63,305 bases of DNA, filler included, from Octopus bimaculoides (GCF_001194135.2; 5 parts of 5 records of this genome joined end to end with filler, not necessarily neighbours in it), one strand, 5' to 3'; positions 1 to 10,859 are shown, counted from the first letter of the whole stretch. Notes: generated by a model from the letters alone, not told the origin. A program made the numbers and translations.

Positions 1-13
1 TATATATATGTAT

Positions 14-352
14 GTATCGAAGGAGACCCCACTTCGGTCAGGAATGACCGTGGGATTGCACCTAGAGAGTTACCCTCCGAGGCACAAGTCCGGGCAAGGT
101 TGTTTATGGAAGACCAGCAGTCGCCCATGCATATCGGCCCGCCCTCTCCATGCCACTGATGTTATCCAAGGGAAAGGCAAAGGGGCCGATACAGCTTGGC
201 ACCAGAAACGACGCAACTCATTTCTACAGCTGAGTGAACTGGAGCAACGTGAAATAAAGTGTCTTGCTCAAGAACACAACACGCAGCCCGGTCCAAGAAT
301 CGAACTCACTACCTCACGGTCGTAAGTTCGTCGCTCTAACCACTGAGCCATT
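14..352 (-). mobile_element. tRNA-derived SINE, family D (CORE-like body)
   Basis: Minus strand has A box TGGCTCAGTGG (350-340) and B box GTTCGATTC (305-297), then GTGTTCTTGAGCAAGACACTTTA resembling the start of the CORE domain. A second copy lies at 40503. Confidence 0.85.
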
Positions 353-360
353 AGCATGTT

Positions 361-431
361 AAAAGGGGTCCGTGGAAAAACTCATTTAAATTAAAAGGGG
401 TCATTGGTAGTGAAAAGGTTGGGAACCACAG
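361..431. mobile_element. Possible right end of a hAT (Charlie-like) non-autonomous element
   Basis: GGTTGGGAACCACAG (417-431) is one mismatch from the reverse complement of the CAGTGGTTCCCAACC-type TIR. No partner TIR seen. Confidence 0.3.
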
Positions 432-1648
432 GTGTAGAACCTTATTCGTTTTGCTGCTACTGTTGTTGTTGTTGTTGTTTCTTAGTCATAAGTGATCCCT
501 GATCGAACAGACCAGTTCCTTCTGCATTGACACAACAAGAGTCCTTAATGTTTGGGGGAAGAAAACACTTTTGGTACCCCCCCCCCTCGCTACTTTAATT
601 AATTGGCATGAGAGATAGTAATGGAAATTTTGCATTCTTTCCAGCCGCGACCATCCCATTTTTTCCCCGCTCCAATCCAACCGAAAAATACATCANNNNN
701 NNNNNNNNNNNNNNNNNNNNNNNNNNNNNNNNNNNNNNNNNNNNNNNNNNNNNNNNNNNNNNNNNNNNNNNNNNNNNNNNNNNNNNNNNNNNNNNNNNNN
801 NNNNNNNNNNNNNNNNNNNNNNNNNNNNNNNNNNNNNNNNNNNNNNNNNNNNNNNNNNNNNNNNNNNNNNNNNNNNNNNNNNNNNNNNNNNNNNNNNNNN
901 NNNNNNNNNNNNNNNNNNNNNNNNNNNNNNNNNNNNNNNNNNNNNNNNNNNNNNNNNNNNNNNNNNNNNNNNNNNNNNNNNNNNNNNNNNNNNNNNNNNN
1001 NNNNNNNNNNNNNNNNNNNNNNNNNNNNNNNNNNNNNNNNNNNNNNNNNNNNNNNNNNNNNNNNNNNNNNNNNNNNNNNNNNNNNNNNNNNNNNNNNNNN
1101 NNNNNNNNNNNNNNNNNNNNNNNNNNNNNNNNNNNNNNNNNNNNNNNNNNNNNNNNNNNNNNNNNNNNNNNNNNNNNNNNNNNNNNNNNNNNNNNNNNNN
1201 NNNNNNNNNNNNNNNNNNNNNNNNNNNNNNNNNNNNNNNNNNNNNNNNNNNNNNNNNNNNNNNNNNNNNNNNNNNNNNNNNNNNNNNNNNNNNNNNNNNN
1301 NNNNNNNNNNNNNNNNNNNNNNNNNNNNNNNNNNNNNNNNNNNNNNNNNNNNNNNNNNNNNNNNNNNNNNNNNNNNNNNNNNNNNNNNNNNNNNNNNNNN
1401 NNNNNNNNNNNNNNNNNNNNNNNNNNNNNNNNNNNNNNNNNNNNNNNNNNNNNNNNNNNNNNNNNNNNNNNNNNNNNNNNNNNNNNNNNNNNNNNNNNNN
1501 NNNNNNNNNNNNNNNNNNNNNNNNNNNNNNNNNNNNNNNNNNNNNNNNNNNNNNNNNNNNNNNNNNNNNNNNNNNNNNNNNNNNNNNNNNNNNNNNNNNN
1601 NNNNNNNNNNNNNNNNNNNNNNNNNNNNNNNNNNNNNNNNNNNNNNNN

Positions 1649-1690
<42 letters not shown>
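1649..1690. repeat. (AT)n microsatellite at gap edge
   Basis: Direct reading. Confidence 0.95.
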
Positions 1691-1695
<5 letters not shown>

Positions 1696-1861
1696 CGAAC
1701 GTGTATTTGTATTTATTTATAGATACGTGTATATGTTTGTGTTATCTGCGAGTGTCTGGTATATGCGGACTATTTATGTAGGCGGAAGGTGAGGTGAGTT
1801 GGTTTGTCAGAGTCTGATATCTTTTGCCTAGACTAATACTCGCAGCGTTGCGCGTGGGTGG

Positions 1862-1898
<37 letters not shown>

Positions 1899-2169
1899 CG
1901 TGTGTGAAGACTATTTCTACTAGAAGAAGGTCGGTGAGTTTGACAATCTACTCTTTTTGCCTACATATAAATAACCTTGACACATTAGCAAGAATACAGT
2001 TCTTGTTGTTAGTTTTTTGTTTTTGGTTTGTTGATTCCTTGTCTTGTATTCTTTTATGTATTTGTATTTGTTCGTTTGTTGTTGTTGTTGTTGTTGTTGC
2101 CTGCTCCTTCGAAACCTATCTGTGTATTCCTTGTGTACTTCATTGAATCTTGCCGCTCATAAGCAGGAA

Positions 2170-2358
2170 AGAATAGATAGATAGACAGACAGATAGACGG
2201 ATAGATACATTTCTTTTATTAGCCACACAGGGCTCAACGAAGATGGGACAAATACAATGTAGAGCTTTTCTTTTTGGGAGGNNNNNNNNNNAGATAGATG
2301 GATAGATAGATGGATAGATACATAGAGATAGATATATAGATAGACAGACAGATAGACG

Positions 2359-2393
<35 letters not shown>

Positions 2394-2462
2394 GGATAGA
2401 TAGATAGATGGATAGATAGATGGATAGATAGATAGATAGATAGCTAAACAGATAGATAGATA
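2170..2462. repeat. (GATA)n/(GACA)n microsatellite
   Basis: Direct reading; interrupted by a short unique stretch and a small N gap. Confidence 0.9.
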
Positions 2463-2739
2463 TGATGAGAGAGAAAGGGGGAGAGATTCTTATGTATTCA
2501 ATTTATTTATTTTCCGAAGAACGAATCCGATGCAGTCAGGGTAGATACACCATTCTGAGTAAGTTAGAAGTATTTATAGCTGAAGAATTTTTCCGTTTTA
2601 GATTCGCGCGCGCGCCCGTGTGTGTGTGTGTGTGTAAAAAAGGTGGATTTCGTTCAGGTGTGTGTATTTAATGTCAGTATGTATATTCTCTTTGAGCCAA
2701 GAAAATTTGGGTTTATATTACGTGTGTGTACTTACGTAC

Positions 2740-2838
2740 ATATGTCCGTGCATGCATACATACATACACTATGTGTGTGTATATGTATGTATGTATGTAT
2801 GTATGCATGTATGTATATATATGTGGAGTGGATGCCTC

Positions 2839-2885
<47 letters not shown>

Positions 2886-3240
2886 GTGTATGTATGTATG
2901 TATGTATGTATGTATGATTGTATGTACATATATTTATGGGGTAGATGCCTCTGTGTGTGTGTGTATATATATATATATGTATGTGTGTGAGTGTGTGTGT
3001 GTTCTCTTTGAGCATACGAAACTTTAGTGTACATTATATGTATGTCTGTCTGTCTGCCTGCCTGTATGTATGTATGTATGTACGAACGTATGTATGTATA
3101 TACATGTGCATATATGTATGTATGTATGTATGTATGTACGAACGTATGTATGTATATACATGTGCATATATGTATGTATGTATGTATGTACGAACGTATG
3201 TATGTATATACATGTGCATATATGTATGTGTGTGTGTATA
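2740..3240. repeat. Compound (TATG)/(TA)/(TG) satellite with higher-order units
   Basis: TACGAACGTATG...CATGTGCATATA recurs at 3081, 3137 and 3189 (period 52-56). GATGCCTCTGTGTG occurs twice about 113 bp apart. Confidence 0.9.
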
Positions 3241-3909
3241 TGTTCTCCTTCGTTTCTAATTATTGAAATTCTTCCTCTGAGGAACGAACTATTTCCTAAC
3301 AGAGATGCGAAGCTCCAAATGCTTCTATGAATGTATATGTAGGTATGCATATTTTCTTTGGATAAAGAACACTAGATATAGATTATCAAAGAACTACAAC
3401 AATTTATTAAAATACATATTAAGTAGAATACTTTGGTGTGTAATCCCACGCCGTTTAGTCTGGCGAAAGGTTTGTGGTTGCTTCACACCTGGTTGTAGTT
3501 CCTGACACGGCCCATGATAAAGTTACCAAACTCGCTGGTTATTCGTTGTATCAACTACAGCAGGTGTACGCTATATTTCACAGCCTTGCTTAAATGTTTT
3601 AGCAAGCAGCGGAGCGTGTAATTAAGATTTCTAGGTTTTGGTTGGTCTGATGCTGTGTCCTGAAGAAAGAAAAAGATTGGAGAGGTGGTGGAGAAAATTG
3701 GGGAAAATTGGGAGCAAAAAATTGTTTAATTTTGCTTGTATTTTTAATGGTCAAAACCATTCTGTAAACTAATTGAAAACACACCGTCTATGCAGTCATT
3801 CGATGTTATGGAAATAATTGGATGGATTCGGATGAAACATTCAGGGATGTTTGGCCACGTGACTGGTACTGCATCCGGGCATTATTATTATTATTATTAT
3901 TATTATTAT

Positions 3910-4118
3910 GTTGGTGATTTATCTCAGGTTCGTTCGTATTCCTGGTAGAATTTATGTGGATAGCGGGTTACTACATGTAACCTTAGGTATCCACTAACTT
4001 TCAATGGCCTTCCAAGTGTTTCAGACGTTCCAGATAATCTATCCTGGCCATAAGAGTAAAACTTTCTGTGGGGAGCTCTACAGGACATCCTATTCCAGTC
4101 TCCAACTATATCGTTAGT
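3910..4118 (-). mobile_element. 3' end fragment of R4/Dong-like RLE retrotransposon
   Basis: Frameshifted translation GIGCPVEL/QKVLLLWPG*IIWNV aligns with GIESSVELLQKVCLLGTARIIKKVL of the neighbouring copy. The 3' UTRs are alignable. Ends in (TAA)n at 3909-3881. Confidence 0.7.
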
Positions 4119-4123
4119 TTTAA

Positions 4124-4357
4124 GGCGGGAAGCTGGCAGAATCGTTAGCACGCCGGGCAAAATGCTAAGCGGTATTTCGTCTGTTTTCACCTTCTGGGTT
4201 CAAATTCCGTCGTCGTCGACTTTACCTTTCATGGTTCCGCGATCGATAAATTAAGTACCAGTGAAAGACTGGGGTCGATGTAATCGACTAGTCTCCTTCC
4301 ACCAAATTTGAGGCCTTGTGCCTCTCGTCGAAAGAATTATTATTATTATTATTATCA
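4124..4357 (+). mobile_element. SINE family B with (ATT)n tail
   Basis: GGCGG.AGCTGGCAGAATCGTTAGC head, GGTTCAAATTCC B box, CCTTTCAT...GATAAATTAAGTACCAG body; more than 20 related copies in the window. Confidence 0.9.
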
Positions 4358-4362
4358 TTTTT

Positions 4363-5040
4363 GATCACAGGTTTTGTTGGAGCTCCTGGAGTCTTGCATG
4401 CCTGACGGGCTTCCTGTCTGCAGCCTACGGTACCATGCTATTTGTTCTTTTCAACTGTCTAACACTTTCTTGATTATTCTGGCCGTGCCAAGGAGGCAAA
4501 CCTTTTGTAACAGTTCTACTGAACTTTCTATTCCAATTTCCCTTATATTCCTCTTGATGCCTTCTGATTCTATTCCCCAAGACCCAACAATAATTGGCTT
4601 TATCTTCACCTTCATTTTCCATAGCCGGACAATTTCGTACTTAAGAAGGTTGCATCTATCTATCTTTTCGCTTTCTTCTTGACTATTCGTGGGTCAAAGG
4701 AACACTCAACAGCATATGTGGTGCACCCTGTCGGCCACCACTAAGTCCAGTCTGTTATGCTCCAGCTCCTGATCTGTGTGGATTGAGAAGTCCCAGGAGA
4801 TTTTGAAAGTCTCCGACTCCGCCATTCATTGAGTTTTGTGCTCATACCACGTCTTACTTCCCTCTAGCCCTACTTTCACTCAGTTTCCAATGTTGCACTG
4901 TCGCTACCTGATAGTGTCAACACAACTTGTAGTGGCTTTGGCCATTTGTTCGTGATATGGGCAATGATTTCGTCTGTTATATAACAGATGCATCTCAGAG
5001 AAGACACTTGCTCATTCCTAAGGCTGTTCACTTGAAAAGG
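4363..5040 (-). pseudogene. Degraded C-terminus (zinc-knuckle remnant + PD..D/E..K restriction-like endonuclease) of an R4/Dong-clade non-LTR retrotransposon
   Basis: Minus-strand translation ETFKISWDFSIHTDQELEHNRLDLVVAD..(2 stops)..QEESEKIDRCNLLKYEIVRLWKMKVKIKPIIVGSWG...ELLQKVCLLGTARIIKKVLDS* (stop 4453-4451). Upstream WYEHK and HWKL remnants. Confidence 0.9.
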
Positions 5041-5189
5041 AAGATGAGATTAGAGAGAGAAGTGCTGTCTCGTAGCAAATTTATTGAAAAGTGAGTGACT
5101 GTTGGTAAAATGGCCAGTATGAACGGACCAATTCTGAGGTTACACCTGTAAAAAAAAGGTAATATAAAAGGAGAAGGGGCTTTCTACCC

Positions 5190-5404
5190 ATCCTGACCAG
5201 GCTACCGTGGTTTTATGAGTTTTCCTCGTGTAACCTTCCAAAGCGCCTCCCCCTATTGGGAGTTTTATTTGTTGTATTTTTCGCTGTTATTAATGTTTAC
5301 ACGAACGTTTTCTTTTCGGACAAAACCCTTTGTAACCTTCGTCCTATCTTTGTCCTTACATGTCTTTGATTTCTATTAGCCTTTGTGGCCAATTAAACAA
5401 GAAT
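5190..5404 (+). mobile_element. Probable retroelement 3' UTR fragment
   Basis: Ends TTAGCCTTTGTGGCCAATTAAACAAGAA(TTA)n, similar to the SINE-B tail TTAGCCCCTTGTGGGCAATAAAGAAA. Confidence 0.4.
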
Positions 5405-5424
5405 TTATTATTATTATTATTATT

Positions 5425-5513
5425 GAGTGAGAGAGCAGCGCATGCCATCAAAGTGACACTGGCTACAAATATACGAACTCCATCATGACTACTCGTCTGA
5501 CAAGGGTACACCA
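5425..5513 (-). mobile_element. Short non-coding retro-unit embedded in (TAA)n
   Basis: Close homologue of 59633-59728. (TTA)n tracts on both sides (5404-5424 and 5516-5577). Confidence 0.75.
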
Positions 5514-5919
5514 TACTATTATTATTATCATTATTATTATTATTATTATTGTTATTATTATTATTATTATTATTATTGCTCTTGTACCGATCAGTGATGC
5601 ACGAGGTGGACCATATGGTCGAGAAGTGGGTCATACAAATTATCAAAACAGTCACACTGACATTTGCTTATAAAAAGTGAAACGTTGTATCGACCACAAG
5701 CTTTTTACAATTAACCTCTTTATTTACGTATTTATCTTTTCACCTATTTATTTACTGTATTTAATTTGATAGATTTTTTTTGTCCCCTCTCAGCTATTTA
5801 TTCTGACTGATGGCGGTTTGTGTGCACATTTTATTTTAGTCTGAAATAGATTTCTGTTTTAAAGCGCATTTTTTTGGTTTTATTTAGTTCAACACCAGTT
5901 TGAGCTACGGACGATAATC

Positions 5920-5925
5920 TGTCTG

Positions 5926-5957
<32 letters not shown>

Positions 5958-5997
5958 GTCCCCTCTGTGTTGAGCCCTGTGTGGCTAATAAAGAAAC

Positions 5998-6044
<47 letters not shown>

Positions 6045-6061
6045 CCTACTTATCTATCTAC

Positions 6062-6090
<29 letters not shown>
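5920..6090. repeat. (CTAT)n microsatellite containing a SINE-B tail fragment (about 5957-5996)
   Basis: Direct reading. Confidence 0.85.
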
Positions 6091-6092
<2 letters not shown>

Positions 6093-6194
6093 CGGTAACC
6101 TCGGGCAACAATGTAATGCAAAAAACCCCCACATTACAGTAAGTGACTCTCTTTTTTCCTTTCTTTTTCTGGTTCATAGGATTATGCTCAAACC

Positions 6195-6506
6195 TCGGGC
6201 AAATCAAAACCTTGTGAGTCGATTTGGTAGACGGGAAATGAAAGAAGCCCGACGCATACGTATGTGCGCGTGTGTGTGAGCGTGTGGGCGCACGCGTATG
6301 TCGTTTTGTGTTGTTTGTCCTCACCAGCGTTTGACAAGCGTTGTTGGTTTGTTTACGTCCTCGTAACTTAGCGGCTCAGCGAAAGAAACAACGTACCAGG
6401 CTTCAAAATAACAACAACAATAACAAGTATGGGGATCGTTTTGTTTGTCTAAACTCAAGGCGGTGCTCCAGCATGGCTGCAGCCTAATGACTGAGACAAG
6501 TAAATA
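6195..6506 (+). mobile_element. SINE family A, 5'-truncated
   Basis: CCTTGTGAGTCGATTTGGTAGACGG...GAAAGAAGCCCG, internal (GT/GC) run, then GGCGGTGCTCCAGCATGG...GACTGAGACAAGTAAA 3' end. Confidence 0.85.
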
Positions 6507-7023
6507 ATGTGTGTATATATATATTCGAGAGTACGTCTGCCTTATCTTCGAAACGTCTAGTTAGAATAGAGGCAGCTGACGAAGGATTAATTCCAAGTGG
6601 CTATCTGTTTTCTTATGTGTTCGTTCCGTTGTCTGTAGTTCATTGTTCTAACGTCCTGTACTCTGATATGCATCTATATACACATGTAGATGTAAGTATG
6701 TACATATGGGGCCAAGGCAGAAATGAGGTTGCGCACCATGGGCAGAAGCTAACAGCTTTCTAAACTTGAGATTGGCGTAAACGTTTTGCAAAATAACATT
6801 TTCCTTTCTACATTTAAGTTCTGCTAACAACGAAATACCATATAAGGTGCCATCCTAGTCACCTGTCGAAACGGACGCGGAGATGTCAACCGGTTCTTAT
6901 CTTATCGACCCCGAAAGGATGAAGAAAGAACAAGGTTGAGCTCAGCCGCTAAGCATTTTGTCCAGGTGGTTACGATTCTAACATCTCACCACTTTATTAT
7001 TATTAATAATAATAATAATAATA

Positions 7024-7138
7024 GAACCGCTCGAATACTCCGGAAGGTGCTCGAAAAATATGAGGTGTTACCTTAGTTCACTGGTAGTGAACAGCTGACA
7101 CTGTAGTACATCTCCAGCGTTAGAAGCTGTGCCAAGGT
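7024..7138 (+). mobile_element. 5'-truncated R4/Dong 3' end
   Basis: Translates (G)TARILRKVLEKYEVLP*. High-identity reverse complement of 30528-30645. (TAA)n on both sides. Confidence 0.85.
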
Positions 7139-7154
7139 AATAATAATCATATAA

Positions 7155-7482
7155 TGTTGTTGGCACTCCGTCGCTTACGACGTCGAGGGTTCCAGTTGAT
7201 CCGATCAACGGAACAGCCTGCTCGTGAGATTAAAGTGCAAGTGGCTGAGCACTCCACAGACACGTGTACCCTTAACGTAGTTCTCGGGGATATTCAGCGT
7301 GACACAGTGTGACAAGGCTGAGAGAGAGTTGTGGTGAAAGAGTACAGCAGGGTTCGCCACCATCCCTTGCCCGGAGCCTCGTGGAGCTTTTAGGTGTTTT
7401 CGCTCAATAAACACTCACAACGCCCGGTCTGGGAATCGAAACCGCGAGTCCGCTGCCCTAACCACTGTGCCATTGCGCTTCC
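7155..7482 (-). mobile_element. SINE family C (internally deleted)
   Basis: Reverse complement of the 31438 copy; lacks about 40 bp of the central part; (CAA)n-type tail. Confidence 0.9.
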
Positions 7483-7501
7483 ACAATACTACTACTACTA
7501 C

Positions 7502-7537
<36 letters not shown>

Positions 7538-7569
7538 CGATGAGGCAAACGACAAAAACAACAACAACA

Positions 7570-7601
<32 letters not shown>

Positions 7602-8153
7602 CGTTGTTAAAATCTATAAATGTATTTCTTTGTCTTTCTCTTCCATCCTATCATGAATGAACCCATCAACACGAGGTGTGTTTGATTTTCTGATCGAAGT
7701 TGGAAGACAAAAAAAATAAATAATAAATGAATAAATAAATGAAATAAAATATGCAAAACAAACACCTTGTAAAAAAATAATAAAAAAGAAATTGTGACGT
7801 GAGTTGTGGCGTTAATTGGTGGAGCTACAGCTGATAAGGTCTTATTGATTTTGCCGTTTCAACATAGAAAAGCAACAGCAATCGATGAAGAGAGAGAGAG
7901 AGAGAGTATTGATAGGAAAACAGTAGAATATGTGAGGAAAGAAATGATAGCGGTCCTTGTTGTGTGGACAAATTGTAAATATGAACTCGTTCAAAATAAT
8001 CGTTTATGGCGTGAGCTGCAGATGTGTAACGCATTGAAAAGGGGCCGTTCGTTGGCGCTAGATTGAGTCGTGGCTATGTTGTTGCTTAACTGAAAGGATC
8101 GAACAGTAAAACTATCATCAGAGACGTTTTATTCAAACGATGTATCTAAGATA

Positions 8154-8513
8154 TAGGAGTGGCTGTGTGGTAAGTAGCTTGCTTACCAGCCACATGGTTC
8201 CGGGTTCATTCCCACTGCGTGGCACCTTGGGCAAGTGTCTTTTACTATAATCTCGGGCCGACCAAAGCCTTGTGAATAGATTTGGTAGATGGAAACTGAA
8301 AGAATCCCGTCGTATATATGTATATGTATATATATATGTGTGTAACCGATGCTGGTGTGTTTACGTTGCTGTAACTTAGCGGTTCAGCAAAAGAGACCGA
8401 TAGAATAAGTACTAGGCATCCAAAGAATAAGTCCTGGGGTTGATTTGCTCGACTAAAGGCGGTGCTCCATCATGGCCACAGTCAAAAGACTGAAACAAGT
8501 AAAAGAGAGTAAG
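8154..8513 (+). mobile_element. SINE family A, near full length
   Basis: A box TGGCTGTGTGG, B-box-like GGTTCATTCC, CCTTGGGCAAGTGTC, internal (TA)n, 3' half ending GAAACAAGTAAAAGAG. Confidence 0.92.
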
Positions 8514-8599
8514 ACAACGCTATTAAACGTTTCCCCATGTATTTAAAGAGCTAAAAATCTTTTCTACTCTAGGGACAAGGCCTTGAATGAATCGACAAC

Positions 8600-8876
8600 A
8601 GTACTCTTTTTTAAAGCCTGCTACTTATTTTATCGGTCTCTTTTGCCGATTCATTAAGTTACGAGGAAATAAACACCAACACAGGTCATCAAGCAGTGGT
8701 GGGGGCAACACACATATACGACAAGCTTCTTTCAGTTTCCAAACCCACTCACATAGCTTTGGTTAACTCGAGACAATAGAAGACACATTTGCCCAAGGTG
8801 CCACGTAGCGGGACTGACCCCGAACCCATGTAGCCGGGAAGCAAGCTTCTTACCACACAGCCACGTCTACGCCTAT
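8600..8876 (-). mobile_element. SINE family A, diverged
   Basis: Reverse complement of the flanking copies (TTGCCCAAGGTGCCACG; CTTACCACACAGCCAC). Confidence 0.85.
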
Positions 8877-8892
8877 TCATTTTATAATCATA

Positions 8893-9280
8893 GGCGCAGG
8901 TGTGGCTGTGTGGTAAGTAGTTTGCTTACCAGCCACATGATGCTGGGTTCAGTCCCATTGCGTGGCACCTTGGCCAAGTGTCTTCTACTATAGCCTCGGG
9001 CCGACCAAAGCCTTGTGAGTGGATTTGGTAGACGGAAACTGAAAGAAGCCCATCGTATATATATGTATATGTTTGTGTCTGTGTTTGTCACCCCTCCACC
9101 CATTACTTGACAACCGATGCTGGTGTGTTTACGTTCCCGTAACTTAGCGGTTCGGCAGAAGAGACCGATAGAACAAGTACTGGGCTTACAAAGAATAAAT
9201 TCTGGTGTCGATTTGTTCAACTAAAAACAGCGCTCCGGCATGGCCGCAGACAAATGACTAAAACAAAAAAAAAAAGTAAA
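8893..9280 (+). mobile_element. SINE family A, full length
   Basis: GGCGCAGGTGTGGCTGTGTGG start; all modules present. Confidence 0.92.
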
Positions 9281-10354
9281 TATAAATGTGACTTCGAAGT
9301 TCCAGCCTGGTAGCCGTTGTTACACTGTGATACATGCGAATTCAATTTGTTTAAGTTGGTTTTTCTGGAGCTCCGTTGAATTCTGATGGAAAAAATATTA
9401 AAAAATGTTTTATTGTTTATAGCTGGAGTTGCATTATTCGGTGAAGCGTGTAAAACTGAGATCAGGTGTATCTATTTAGGTGTGTCAGCTTCAGGGTGGG
9501 GCTGCTAGTATAGATACTTGGTTATTGTTTGTTATAGGATCCAAAGAAGTATGTTATATAGGTGAAACGGTTGCTTGGACAGTAGATGTCTAACTGTGGG
9601 TTACTTGTTGTAATTTGAATACTATTTATTCTGAAGAGGAGTCACGCAGATGAAAAGAAATTATCAAACCGAGCCATCGAGATAACTTCTGTGGTCACTT
9701 GACATGCTAGAACTAGAAGATAAATTTTCGTCAAATCATATTTTACTGCTTGGATTCAAACTGAAGCCAGAGTTACAGGGGTACATAAAACGATGACTGC
9801 CACCGCTACAAACATTGGAACCACAATAAGTGATGGCTGATAGCAAATACATCAGCATTGAAAACATTACTGAAATATTTATCTGCGAGGATGCCAGTCT
9901 CCCACTAATAAGAAATGTTATCCGGGACAAATGCTACAATAACTGGCCTGTCGATGGTCTTCATACATTGAGACAGGGATGATTATTTCAATTAATCACC
10001 GCCTCAATTGCGTATGCTGAATTTTTATTCAGCCGGGCCTTTATTCGCAACATCAGTGGGTGTTCTAATTGCTCGTTCCTATATCAGAGACGATGGATTT
10101 TCGTTCGAACATGTGACTGGCTGCAAAAAGGCGCCATTGAAAAGGTCCCCCCCAAAGGCTGAAATGTATTTGGCCCCTGCTGGGACGGACTTTCATCTCT
10201 CTCACGTCTATAAGGGATGTCACCTCAGGTCAAATACCGCAGTGACTGACCAATCAACAGGGTACATACATTACGTGTGACACACAGATGGCTACTATAA
10301 GATAACTCGTTCATGAATATTGTGCATTATTATTTCATTGATAATATATATTTT

Positions 10355-10472
10355 TTCACGTTCTGAGTTAATTCTGCCGAAGTCGACTTTGCGTTTCATC
10401 CTTTTGGGGCCGATCTAAACGACTGGCCCCACCAAATAAATTTCGGCCCTTGTGCCTAGAGCAGAAATGACT
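10355..10472 (+). mobile_element. SINE family B fragment
   Basis: GTCGACTTTGCGTTTCATCCTTTTGGGG and CCTTGTGCCTAGAG tail. Confidence 0.7.
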
Positions 10473-10859
10473 CTTATATATTTTTATTTCGGTTTTCATT
10501 TCTTCAAGAAAATATATATATGACGTATTAAAAGTGACATTAAATCAATTTTGAATTTCCCCGGGGTAATCACAGACTCCCCACTCCTTCCATTAATATA
10601 TAAGGGTACGGAGAAATGACGGCGATAAATTGTAGCCGAAATGTAAGAAAATCTTTGACTGCGATTCTTGTCCAACTTCCTACAAAGCAGCAGATACCAA
10701 GGTTGTCTAATTTACACAGCAAAACTCGGGATCGAGAATGAAGGAAAATTGGCCAAGCACCGATCATAGAAAAGGTCAAATGGTTAAGAATTTTAAAACG
10801 AAATTGAATAACATTTATTGAATCAGATGACAGTAAGATGAACTCATTCTAAATAATAA

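Noticed and set aside
297-352. tRNA-like A/B boxes here and at 31438, 40503, 41400 and all SINE-A/B heads
   Set aside because: No complete cloverleaf or acceptor stem; each continues into a SINE body.
6560-6615. CTGACGA-AGGATTAATTCC resembling a hammerhead core and stem II
   Set aside because: No GAAA after stem II and no valid UH triplet in register.
9600-9990. Possible APE-endonuclease remnant (DNFCGHL..ILLLGF)
   Set aside because: Only a vague motif across frameshifts; not supportable without an HMM search.
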